Shown here: piece by piece, positions 40,181 to 53,039 of the stretch | Layout of the letters: each line of letters starts with the position of its first letter | How positions within the stretch are numbered: position 1 is the first letter of the stretch | Assembly: GCA_964304625.1 (NCBI GenBank) | Contig: OZ199840.1 | Span: forward strand, 1,838,532 to 1,902,531 | Direction: 5' to 3' | DNA length: 64,000 nt | Source of the DNA: Kudoa neothunni | Lineage: Eukaryota; Animalia; Cnidaria | Notes under the pieces: generated by a model | What the model was told of the DNA's origin: nothing | The model's database searches: none | Seen by the model: the letters and a program-made list of their open reading frames with translations, nothing else | Translations under genes and position numbers: made by a program

Positions 40181-41533
40181 ATGAGAGAGTGTATTTCGTT
40201 ACATATTGGTCAAGCTGGAATACAGATTGGTAACGCTTGTTGGGAGTTGTACTGTTTGGAACACGGTTTAACCCCGGATGGCCGTCTGCTGAATGGCGAG
40301 AATAATGGGGTTAGTAAAGACAAGCATGAATTCAGTACCTTTTTCTCTGAGACTGGTTCCGGCAAGTATGTTCCAAGAGCAATTATGGTTGACTTGGAGC
40401 CGTCAGTTATTGATGAGATCCGTTCCACAACGTACAAAGGTTTGTTCCATCCGGACCAATTGATCGCTGGCAAAGAGGATGCTGCTAACAATTACGCCCG
40501 TGGACATTACACCGCCGGTAAACAGGTGATTGATCAGGTTTTGGATCGCACAAGAAGACTCACAGAAAACTGTTCTGGTCTACAAGGTTTCATGATCTAT
40601 AGATCTTTCGGTGGTGGTACTGGTTCTGGATTTTCGGCGTTGCTTTCCGAAATGTTGACATCTGAGTATGGAAAGAAACCAAAAATCGAGTTTTCAGTAT
40701 ATCCAGCACCACAGATATCCACCGCAGTGGTTGAGCCATACAACACAGTTCTTACCACTCACACAGTTCTCGAACACAGTGATGTGACTTTTATGATGGA
40801 CAACGAAGCAATCTATGATATTTGTCGACGCAATCTTGATACTGATCGACCTTCTTACCAAAATCTTAATCGCCTTATTGCTCAAGTTGTATCTAGTATA
40901 ACAGCATCACTTCGATTCGACGGTGCTCTCAATGTGGATCTTAACGAATTTCAAACTAATCTTGTGCCCTATCCAAGAATTCATTTCCCATTGGTCACCT
41001 ACGCGCCTGTTGTATCAGCCCAAAGAGCTCAACACGAACAAATGTCCATATCTGAAATCACCAACGCATGTTTTGAACCCTACAACCAAATGGTCAAGTG
41101 TGATCCCAGAGATGGAAAATATATGTCGTGTTGTTTATTGTATCGAGGTGATATTGTGCCCAAGGACGTCACCACTGCCATCTCCCAAATCAAAGCACGT
41201 AGAACAATTCAATTTGTCGATTGGTGCCCAACCGGTTTCAAAGTGGGTATCAATTCTCAACCTCCTGTTGTTGTACCTGGATCCGAGATGGCCTCAGTTC
41301 CTCGAGCCGTTTGCATGTTGAGCAATACAACATCTATTGCTAGTGCTTGGGCCAGAATCGACCATAAATTCGATCTCATGTACAGCAAACGTGCTTTCGT
41401 TCATTGGTACGTGGGTGAAGGAATGGAAGAAGGTGAGTTCACTGAAGCCAGAGAGGATCTTGCTTCTCTCGAAAAGGATTACGAGGATGTGGCTAGAGAC
41501 TCTGCTGATGAGAGTACTCAAATGGAAGCCTGA
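40181..41533 (+). CDS. Alpha-tubulin, intronless, divergent isotype (450 aa)
   Basis: MRECIS start at ATG 40181, [24 protein letters not shown] and [16 protein letters not shown]. Confidence 0.98.
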   Translation: MRECISLHIGQAGIQIGNACWELYCLEHGLTPDGRLLNGENNGVSKDKHEFSTFFSETGSGKYVPRAIMVDLEPSVIDEIRSTTYKGLFHPDQLIAGKEDAANNYARGHYTAGKQVIDQVLDRTRRLTENCSGLQGFMIYRSFGGGTGSGFSALLSEMLTSEYGKKPKIEFSVYPAPQISTAVVEPYNTVLTTHTVLEHSDVTFMMDNEAIYDICRRNLDTDRPSYQNLNRLIAQVVSSITASLRFDGALNVDLNEFQTNLVPYPRIHFPLVTYAPVVSAQRAQHEQMSISEITNACFEPYNQMVKCDPRDGKYMSCCLLYRGDIVPKDVTTAISQIKARRTIQFVDWCPTGFKVGINSQPPVVVPGSEMASVPRAVCMLSNTTSIASAWARIDHKFDLMYSKRAFVHWYVGEGMEEGEFTEAREDLASLEKDYEDVARDSADESTQMEA

Positions 41534-42670
41534 GTTTTCTTCAGTCTATCTCTCAATTATTATTACTATTACTAGATTTGTGCTGGTTGCGTTTTGAAAC
41601 AGTTTTTATTTTTGTTTGCGTGCGCTCTTCCTTGAAAATTGTCAATTAATTTGGACATTATTTCTTTAGTGGAAAATTTTAATCTGTTTCGACATTTGGC
41701 GGGAATTTTCATTATAATTAGTTTGTTGAGCTATGCGTTAATCAGTGTAATTTATGTTTTTATTAGAGCTAAAATAAAGGACCGCGCTCGTACGTGCATT
41801 ATTTATTTTATATATTAAAACTGTTTTGATAATTAAATAGTGTTAGAATTGCTCGCTTCAAATAATCTATAAGTATAATTACTATGAATTAATGAAAAAT
41901 AAAAAATCACGTAAGGATTGGTCGTACGTATCTTTCTGCTTATACCGCGGGTTTAAATTTATCGTTTTCTTTCTTTTTTCTACCACAGTTAAACAATTAA
42001 TAAGTTATTGTAGTTACATCAATGTGTTGGTGAATTGAAAGACAAACATTTTTCTTAATATTTAAAATTCTAAAATTATTTTCAAGTTTTTTCTATATCG
42101 TTTTTCTAAATGTTAATATATTGTCGATATAAACATTTTAATCAACTAAAATTCATTTACATTATATAGGAAAACCGGAATATGGAAATATTCAAGACCC
42201 AATAATCAGTAAAAATGGTATTGTACGGGGTTTTAATAAACTAATAACATCAAGAATCGGTGCAGAAAATATCATGAAAACCGTCTGGCGCTGCCTCCTA
42301 ATGTTCTCAGCACGTTAAAAGCATGTTAGATTGCTTTTTATTTTTTTCATAAACATAATTTGTGAATAAATAATCAAATATATCAATTGTTTTGAAAATT
42401 TCATTTTAAAGGTCTAAATTTAATTATCTACTATATTCGGATAGATTATATTTACTTATTATGATTCTATAAATATATTTTTTGTGGTAAATGAAAGTTT
42501 ACCGTATCTATTTTAATTAACGGTCACGTGTGAATAATTAGATCCTTACGAAAAATAAACATTAATTAAGTATATTCATAGCATATTTCTAAATTTTTGT
42601 GTGACTAAAATGAATAATAATTGTATAGCTACATTTTTATTTATTTTTAAAGCATATTGACCAAAAAACG

Positions 42671-43238
42671 TTGTGGGGTCCAAAAGACCCCAAAGTTCTT
42701 ATTTATATATTTCAATCTAAAACTTTAATCAAGAATAATTTAAAATTTTCATGGATTAATTTTAATACGGACAGCATTAGTGTTAGGGTGTGTCTGTTCG
42801 GCCCCTCACCCACAAAAACTTCCGACCCCTGTTGTATATATATAGTAGTGTGGTTTATAATGATGCCCTCCTAATTTGTAGTAATAACAATGGCGTAATG
42901 GTGACCCCCCTTAATAATTCAGAAACGGAATGTGATTTTATTGATAAATGATTGGCAACTAGTTTAAACATCATGGAACAGAGCAGTAGCATTAATAACT
43001 GATTCTATTTCGAATTTTTGTTCAACTTTAAATCGTATTATAAACAAAAAAATAACTATTTTTCAGTAATATTTAAGTTATAGTTAGTTTTGTTTTTTAT
43101 ATGTATAAATGTCTTTAAATAACATCACGTTGGTTTTTGTAATAATTGATGGCGTTTAAGACCGATTCAAAAGGGGGTCCCAAATGGATCCCATCGGCAC
43201 ACGCGTAATCGTTTCGCATGCAGTACAGGGAGGATTAA
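42671..43238. mobile_element. Probable degenerate piggyBac-type MITE
   Basis: GGGGTCCAAAAGACCCC (42675) and GGGGTCCCAAATGGATCCC (about 43174) palindromic subterminal-type motifs; ends near GGGAGGATTAA. Confidence 0.4.
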
Positions 43239-44155
43239 TTTTAAATGTTTTTTAAATAAAATCATCATAACGAACTAAATGAAGGCATCTGACCAACGTA
43301 CATCTATTAAGGAAATGTACTCATAACCTTCAAGAGAACCAATACAGTTACGTGTGCGAAAATGCATTCGAGCTTTAAGGGGACTCCGTTGGCCAGACTG
43401 AATTAATTGGAAGGTTGGATTTATATATTTCCTATTTTTCCGAAATAAATATGACTCTACTTAAAATTAATGGTTAGAATAATTTTTTCAACAGATTTAA
43501 CCACATCCTATTATTCTTTTTAGAGTGTGTTTATAATTTTGAAAATTTTAAATTATTACAACGATTATTAACTCCCAATTATTAGAATCTGATGACTAAA
43601 GGGTTAATCTCAGACTACGTATTTTAAATGCTATTAAATTCTCTGAATTAAATTTGTGTTCAGAAATTCTTTAATTTTTATTATATATCAAAAAAATTGT
43701 ATGTGCGAATATTTTAAGAAAAATAAGATCTTTAAATTCAATATAATTGTTGGACTAAATTTTTTGTTAAAATTGCATCCATTCACTTGTATAAAATTAT
43801 TGTAATTTATTGTCTGGATTAACAAATTATGATGGGATATAAAGCGTGAAATTTAGCTTCAACAAACTATACATTAATATCAACAGATATAATTCTATTA
43901 TAAAAAGCTTTTAATCAAAGATAGAAAAGTTAATAAAATAATAAAGGATCTGATGCTGTATAAAATGGTGTTTAGGGTGTACACTTGGATTAAAATTCGT
44001 TTAAAATATGCCTATAAGACAATTTAATTCGCATATACGACATTTTGACACGTATTTGAACAGAGAAAATTTTAAATAAATTGGATATAAAATAAATAAG
44101 AGTTAATTAATGAATACCAAAAGCTAGTGCAATTAATAATTTTATTAATGACCAT

Positions 44156-45193
44156 TTATTCTAAATATACAAAGCCTCCACTATCAAGGATCAAATGTCT
44201 AACGGCGCTATATTTGATGAGATGACAAGAACCGGCAATAAGTTCCACAGTAGTATCACTAGAATAAATAATAAAGTCAAAAGGAACAAATTCAATAGAA
44301 ATGCACTCAAATGTTATAGGATCCAAATCTTTTAATACTCTGATAAACACATATTGATCAGAATTGAAATAGTGGCCTAGTTTGGTGGGTTCTACACTCG
44401 AAATCCCAGGAGGCAGCTTAGTTAGATGACATTTGAAGTGATGCAACAATAGTTTTGAATAGCTAAATCGAAATCAAAACCAACGTAGTATCAAACAATC
44501 AAGCGAACTTTTTTAGGTAGATAATTTCGTTATCGGTTAGAAAATTTAAATTATCAGAGGATTCAAGTTGATGTGCCAGATAGAAGCAATATTTTTCAAT
44601 CTAAAACCAATATAATAGGAACATGAGTAAGTCGCATCACCGACTTTTTCAATCCGGCATTTAAGATAACATTTGATAACGTAATATTGTCTTTCAACCT
44701 GAATTATAAAATCAATTAAGAAAGCTTTGCAAATTTATAGGTCTACATCTAATTTGAAAAGTATATTTTGAATGGCATTGGAAGGCAGATCTTGTGAAGA
44801 ATCTAAAATTGCCTTCTGGTTGAAGGTTAAATGTAAAAAAAGTGTAAAAAATATGTGTTGGGTTCGATTACTGAATTCTTCAATGAATCGATCACATAAT
44901 CAACAATATCAAAGTCGTACGGAAGAATTTCTGGCGCTAACAACTCATTTGTAACAGTCTATCAGTAGAACGCGGTTAAATTAAACCTAAACCGTTGTAT
45001 ATACTTGATACAACTTTTCTAAAACAATTTTGTTGAAATTAGACGTCATATAAAGATTTTGATGTAGAACAGATTGTTTGGACAGATTAGTTTTTGGAGC
45101 CAAAGCGCGCAGGTCCCCGGCTATGCAATTGAAACAACGCGCCACAGGCAGATCAGCCTCACACCTCGTAAGAATGCCGTTTGAATATTCCAT
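44156..45193 (-). CDS. GINS4: GINS complex subunit 4 (SLD5), multi-exon; the true start may be the ATG at 45049
   Basis: Spliced LEKLYQTVTNELLAPEILPYDFDIVD, DVERQYYVIKCYLKCRIEKIEKY and the C-terminal YVFIRVL..VELIAGSCHLIKYSAVRHLI match Sld5. Confidence 0.92.
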
Positions 45194-47290
45194 CTTTTTT
45201 TGAAAATAAGATTAAAAACTATTAATAACGAAAAAAAATCGAATAAAGATGACCTTTATTTAAACTACGACATTTTAAAAAATTCTCCCCCATTTAACGG
45301 ATTAACCTATAAATTAGTTCCATATGATTGTACAATGCGATATAAACTTTATCTTAAAATTTCGGAATATAGAAAATAATTAATAAAATCTATTCATATT
45401 AGCTAAATGAAATTAAATCACACATTTAGAGGTTTTATTATCATTTTTAATATTTTATCTGAAATATTAATAGTATATTTTATTTATGAAAGGAATAAAA
45501 TTTTAAGTTAACAAGAATTTTGTAGTCCGTTGTCCGTTACAATCAAGAGTGGATCAACGGGAATAGACGAAAATGTATCATCCGCGTGATTTGAATTTTC
45601 GATATATGAATGAATAAATAATGCCATCAAAAAACATATATTCTTTTAATAGTTTTGCTCTTTCTGTTTGTAAAATCGTGAAATTTGTGCACAACAAGTT
45701 ACAAAATAAGTAAATGTCGTATGCGCTCTTATAAGTTCTTTACTGTTAAAGAATCCCGTGTAAAAATATTGTTATTTCGTTTTAACAACGTATGATCACC
45801 AAATATTCGACGATTTGATAATTTTTTCCGCGTATATTATGTAATTCTGCATATTATCGACGCACGCAATTGCCAATGATGTTTTCATTCTTTAATATAT
45901 CACGCCTTACATCGCGATAAAATTGTTATGCTGAGATTATGAATTTATAAATACAATGCCGAATATTTAATTCAGTTTATAAATTTTTGTTGTGAAATAA
46001 TTAATTGAAATTTGAAAAATATTCTACAATTCCTTCTAAAATTTCTATTGGGATTTTTTTAAAATCTTTTATTGGGATATTTTTCAGTGTAGAACTTGAA
46101 ATAATTAACTAAAAAAATTTCACATTATAGTAAGTGTTATTTGTATACATAATGTACATTAAAATAAAAAATAAAAAGTGTTACTTTTATTCTAATTTCT
46201 ATAAATTAGCTTTTAAATACGTATATTGTGTTGGTCACATTTGTAACTAATTTGTTACAATAAAAATCTATTTATTATTTTTTAAGAAAATCTTCATTAT
46301 ACAAAATTTTAAAATGTTGAGTGTTAACTACTATTGTATTTAACATCAATATTTATTTACCCATACCATATGAAAGTTTGTAGGAAGGATGTATAATGAG
46401 TGCCGATATTTTTCTAGAATGTTTATTTCAATAATGTATTCAGAAATTTCGATATTTAAAATGCTATTTTCATAATATTAATATACTCATCATTGTCTCG
46501 AAGTACCATTTAACAACCCTCCCTTTCCGAAGTCAGACACGAAAAGATATTGATTGCATTATTTTTCATGTAATTCAAAAATAAACTGTTAGTTTCTTAA
46601 AGGGGTTTAAATTCCTCTAAGATATTATAGGATTTTCATAGAAATCGGATTTTTATTATTTTTGATAAAATATAAAGAGAACTAATCAATAAACTACGTA
46701 TAATTTTATTATATTTAATAATATTCATAACTTTCATTTGATTTATTTCGGATTCAGAACGATGGAATATTTATATGTATTTCTGCTTAACAGGAGATTA
46801 GCGATAACTAATCTAAAGGGCGCTTTGTTAGTAATCCCACTTTCTTCATGAATCTACGTTTACTCAAAATAAAGTAGTCCACCATTCATTAGTTAAAATA
46901 AGAATTTTGTAATTTTTGGTATCTTCTCGGAATCTTATAGATTTATACTACGCTATTCTGAGTAATGAAAAATTAAGAGTGTTCAGATATTAATTGTTAC
47001 TGCGAATTTTTTAAAATTAATGGTAGGAAGTATTAATGCTTTTTGAAAAATTCATAAATGAGGTTGTCACATATGACAGTTTAGTAAACAACTATATCTA
47101 ACTATAAAAGCATATCTTAATTTTTAATTGGACGCTTTTGTAATTCAAACTATTCGCACAGAAGTGCTGAAATATAAATTCTGGCGGGTTTGCCAATGTT
47201 AATTTTTAGGGGTTCAAAAATCAAGTTACCGGAAAATGTGTCATTAGATTGATTCAACCTAATTATAATACCTCTTCTTTTAATTTTTAA

Positions 47291-50200
47291 CCCTCCAAGC
47301 AAGCCAAAAACGACAATGTCTCTTTCCACAACAATGGTGCTTGGGCGAATATTATAAGATTAACTTTATTTCCGTTATTTTTGTATGTTATAAAACGAAT
47401 AATCCGCAATAATTTTTCAAACAAAATGATTCATTTTTTTCGACATACCACAATGATATAACGACGTTATTTATCAAATTCAAAATAATTATTCATTACC
47501 TTGGGCCTACCTATAGTTTTAACTTCTTTCATAATAAAACTAAGTTTGAATTAGTTGTTAATAGCGGAATTTTCTACAATCACTTCCATTAAGTTAGTTA
47601 AAGTATGCAATAATTTATCTGTCAACTCTTTTTTTCGTAGTTATTATTTTTATAAATGTTGATTTTATTATGAATTTGAATGAATTTAATACAGTTTTAT
47701 CCATTATCTTATTCGATGTACGCGGGGAGGGGGGTCAGTTGATGCATCGCCGTTCATTATTATATTCACCATATTCAGATGCAACATTATGTTTTGAGTC
47801 GGTTGAATTATTTTTTATAACCTACATGAGGATCATAGGTGTTTTTATACTGACCTCAGATAGTTTTACCAATTTTAGTAGGTGGTTACACGGTAGTTGG
47901 TGCTAAATAAAGAACGGTCGCAAAACATTGCGTCCACACTTTTGATAACCATGACATAGTTCAATTAAAAATGAACAAAAAATTTTTCTGTTGTAAGGGG
48001 AATAAACGTAAAAATGTGTTCATTATTACGTCATCAGTCATCTTGTCAGGCAGGATTCATCGATAATTTGTTTTCCCTAATAATGAAATCGATTTCCAAA
48101 ATATTTGTTACCACAAATAAATCTGAATAATAAAGTAAAAAGTTATTTATAATGGATAACTTATTTTAAAAATCTCATATATCATTAAATTCTTTCTATG
48201 TTGTAGCATTTGATTTTAAACGCTAGAATCAGTCGTATTCACTAATTTTGTTGTAAAATAAAATATAACAAGATAACAAGATTGATTAAAATTTAGTTAT
48301 TCGCTTAATAACATACAAAAATAATGGAAATAAAATTAATCTTATAATAATCGCACATGCACCATTGTTGCCGATAGAGACGACATCGCCAAAAACCACT
48401 ATACACCAAGTAATTTTGGAGTCCAGTAGGACCCCAGATTTGTATTGCTTATTTTGATACGCAATATTATGAAATATTAGTATATTCTTTAAAAAAGTTT
48501 TTTACCAGAGCGATAACGAAATAATCATAATTTACTTGTGTGCCGATGGCAGGCGATGTCCCCCAACATGTATTTATCAATTTTACATGTTTAAATATTT
48601 ATGAAATTATATTTTAATTTACCATATGATCTCTTCACAACATTATATAGATATTAAAAGGATATTCGAATTCTCCAAAATTCTAATAATATCTGGAAAC
48701 ACATACGTTCACTTGTAACAACATAATTCTTATTTTACCGATTCTCATAATGTTTTTATAACATTTTTTGAAATGATATTTAATAAAATAAAATCTAATT
48801 GATATTTAGAAATAAAATTGGACACATCTACCGTTGCCAGCTCACCTAGAGTCCCATCACTCATAATAAAATATGGATTAATTATTAATGATCAAATAAT
48901 TAATATATTTCTTAACTAAGCTAAACAGTCAAAAATTGTATTAATTAAAAATATAACATGTAACTAAATAAATTATACTGTTCAATTTTTTGGTTCTGTT
49001 TCTAACAATAATCCTCGAATGTTTGTTGCAATGATGTTTGAGAAATTATAACATTTGTTCTTTATTTTTATATCAGAGAATCTAGTGCATAAAATACATC
49101 TTTTTACGCCGTGGACAGGATACTATCTACCTTATCCACACACCCCTAGTTTTGTTATAATCGACAATAATTTGGGGATTATTTGTCTGATCGTGGCATA
49201 AATTAACATTGTTTGAGGATGTCGCCAATAAAAGGACCACGTTGTCCTTTTCAGGAAAATAGAACTAAAAAACTCGCTCTATTCCTTGGTTTTAAGAATT
49301 AATGGGATATCCCGATTATTATGCTATGCCGAATTGTCTCCAGAAGGGTTAAAGCTAGGTTAAGAAGTGTGTTTGCTAACGGAATCGAAGTGGAAAAATT
49401 ATCGCGAAAAAAGTTTCTACTGGCCTTTTCAAGTGTGATTAGAGTTTTAAAGCAACCTTTTCACCAATACATTTAGTAATCTAGTCATTGTTTCTTGCAA
49501 GATAAACGAAAATATTACGTGTATAATTGGTATGAGGGTCCTTTAAAAGAAAAAATTTAATACCATAAACCCGCAAGTTTGGAGGGAATATACTGCGTAA
49601 AAGAAAACCTGCCTCTCAATGAAACCAATTCTCCACCAACAGTAAAATGAGCGGAGGTAATTAGAAACATCGGCAAAACACTTTTCCACCTATTGAAAAC
49701 CTCGGTTACCGGGAAAAACTTATCGACTTCTCATCGCAAACTCTTGTCTCGCAGTCATCGAAGTGTACATGTCTGTTTATTCGGATAAATCTATAAAGTA
49801 GCATGATTCTACGAAGTATATGATACCATTTATTTAAGCTCCACAATTGTTTAAGAAACTCTATTTTAGATTTAAAGATTGGCGTATATTTAAGAATTCC
49901 ACTATATTTTGATTTTCCATTTTCAACTGTAATGAAAAGCACCAAATCTATTAATGTGAGTAATGGCAGAATTGAAAATTATCCTATAAATTGCAAGTTC
50001 GGGATGCTACGAATGCAGTCAGACCTAAAACTTTGTTAAAGAGTTTTTCTTATTTGATTTTTGTATTTGAAGGAACAACTGAAGATCATAACACATTGTT
50101 TTTGTCCCTATACGTATTAATGATGTCATAATCATATGAATCATCATAACGAGATGAAGAGAAGCATTCTTCAATGATATCTTCAATTTCACTGCAATCG

Positions 50201-50538
50201 GCCTCGCTCAATCAATACAAGAAACACAAACCTTGATTTTTCTCTAGATCTAATGGATGTAACCTTTCGAGATTAAAATATTTTATTTTTTATGATTTTA
50301 TAAATGTTTTTGTGAAATAAAAACGTGGGATCCTCCTGACCCCAAAACTGCTTGGTGCAAGTATTTGATATAAAATCCTAGAAAACAAAAAATTCCTAAT
50401 TTTAAAATTAAATTATGAATATATAGAAACTTTTAAAACAATAATGATTGAATTCACCCAATTTAACGTTTTCAGTGAGCAGCGAATCGAGACTAAAGTT
50501 GGTCTAGGTTCATTTGGACCCCAAAAATGCTTGGAGGG
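47291..50538 (-). mobile_element. Old piggyBac element with a decayed transposase and a probable internal insertion (about 47300-48400)
   Basis: TTAA-CCCTCCAAGCA ... TGCTTGGAGGG-TTAA. ORF 49706-49945 has RRIMLLYRFIRINRHVHFDD..R..DEK (piggyBac MSRNRF..LRFDD motif). GGGTC/GACCC-type subterminal motifs at 48418, 50327 and 50506. Confidence 0.75.
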
Positions 50539-53039
50539 TTAATGAAATAAAAAATACGTAGACAAAAAAGTTAAAAGAACAAAGTAACTTATAATATTAG
50601 TGAATTATTAAACAATCTAATTATTATAATATTTTATTTACTTGAAAATAGAAATTTTTTAAAGCACATCTAAGTATTTTATTAGTTTTAAATGTTCATA
50701 TAGCATTCTTTTTATTTTGAGTCAAAAAAGGTAAAATTGTGGTTAGATATTTGAATAAACCTTAACTTAGTCACTTATCATAACATTTTTATTGTGGCTG
50801 GTGATTTAAAACGCAAATAAAATGTAATAACCAACTTCACTTTAAACTTCTAATAAAATTTGAATGTGCATCTGAAAACCACAGGTAATACTCAATAAGA
50901 TTCAGGGAAATGTTAAAAAATCAGGACGGAACCAAAAAAGAATCATCAAGTTTAATTAGTCCCATTCCCATTGTGATTGAAATATTTAGGTTTACCAAAT
51001 TAATATTTCAACTATGAGATTATGACAAAAAAATTAAATCAAAAAAGCTTGTTTACAAAAATTCTGGCCATATTTTAATTCCATTTAACATTATATGAAC
51101 CAAACAATCAATTTAAACGAAAACATCAACTAAAAAGACAACGGTCAAATAGGAATTATTAAATTTCAATTGAGTGCAGAGGATACACACGAATTAGTCC
51201 ACTCCATCACATCCTTGTCAACCTCATGTTGGATTACTTTTCCGTTTGCGTTGATCCATGGGCCGACGTTTCTAAAAGCGGATTTAGATTGATGACAAAC
51301 GAAAAATAATTGAAAAATGTATACTTTTTAAAAGTGAGCTTATTGACTTTATTCAACTGTTTACATTTGAAAGTGACATGCAAAATATATGTGGCAGTTA
51401 GAGAATCAAAATCTGAAGCTACGACCCATGAGTATTTTTTATCCTTACCAGGGAAAAAATTGAAAAACGTCACATAAATTTAAATATACTGAGAGTTTTA
51501 AATCTTTTTCATTGCAAAAAAGTATGTTATGCTTCAGTATAAAGTGCTCGTATAACGTTGTGATGATGTAGGTTGTGAAAAATCTAAAACACAATTCTCT
51601 CATTTTCTCACAACCGAACAACGCTGCTAGATTACCCAACAAGACATGGAACAGTGTATTGCTTTGCTGAATCATAACCATACTTTCTTTCATAGCAGAA
51701 TAATGAACCGCAAATAACACATGCGATTATTCGAAATAACAACCTAATATCAAATTGGATATGCGACGCAACACATTTTCGTTTATTGACAAATGCCTAA
51801 ATTCATTTCACATGGAATTGATGAAGACCGGCAGATTACTAAAATGACTGCATCATCTAATCCATTTTTCACAGAACTTTTTTTGTATTTGGATACGAGA
51901 ATTTCGACGTTTTTCATTGTGGGGTATCAAGTGTTCGGTTAAGTTCGCGGAGTATCGACTAAGGTTAGTGACTAGGCTTACTTCATATTTTTGGATTTAC
52001 AACCAGCCATATTGTTTAGTAATTATTATAATTATATTCTCATAGAAACTTATGTAATTCTCGTTCGAAATATTAAGATGAACAGTAAAAAATGCGCTGA
52101 TATGATTTTATCATAGCGATATTTATCGATGACTCAGTTAATAATTTGATTGTGATTTATTGGTAATTAATTTTATGAAAAGTACTTAGGATCGCTATAT
52201 TATTTTACATAAAGAAAATATTATATAATTTATATGTGACCTTCGTAAAATATAAGGAGTCTTCTCACACTTTCTTGTTGATATTATTTAGTGAATCAAT
52301 CACCATTAATGTGGGCAAGCAGCGGGTTGATTTTAAAAATTGCCGAGCCTTGTTTCTATTGTGTAATCAAAAAAAACCAAAAATACTAAATATTAAAGAG
52401 AATCATGTTGGCTACTAGTGGATTAATATAAGTTTATATTCGTTTCATAATATTCGGATTTAGCGCTTAAAATTCTATTTAGTCAATTTTTAATATTTTT
52501 AATACTGTTAAAGTTTATGACATTATTTTTGAAAATTCAAACTGAATAAATTTTATTTTCCATAACTATAGATCTAAATGTATTCTCACTTTCAGAGTTA
52601 AAACGACGTAGCTGGTGTAATAATCTCTTTGTTATACATAGAAAGCTACTATAAAAAAAAATACGATAACAATGAAAAAATTAAAATTTCCGTTTTATGT
52701 CATTTTATAGACTATTGTTCAAAGCGAATTATTTATAAAATAGAAATTTTTATAATAAAATTACACAGGCTCCATTTAAGTTACAAACAAATTTATTACA
52801 TACTTTGATTGTATATTAATTTTAAAAAGTAACATAATATCTCTATATATTTCTAAAATCATTGTTTTTAGAACCTCCAGAAATTAAAATATGTAATATG
52901 TGGATTTAATTAATCCACAAAAAATATTATATTGTATTTTTTACCCAAAACTACATAACAAGTATGTTTTTTGTTAGTGTCGCCAAAGAATAGAGACCAA
53001 TATAATGGCGAATAATTTAATTGAATTAGAGGTAATGGT

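Noticed and set aside
40210-41597. Overlapping and antisense ORFs within the tubulin gene (likewise within ORC2, the hAT and the surface-protein exons)
   Set aside because: Shadow frames of real coding sequence with no independent motifs.
50900-51960. Possible LINE reverse-transcriptase 3' remnant (KYLGL, KIEK) and ORFs 51234-51720
   Set aside because: Many stops and no catalytic RT motif seen; insufficient support.
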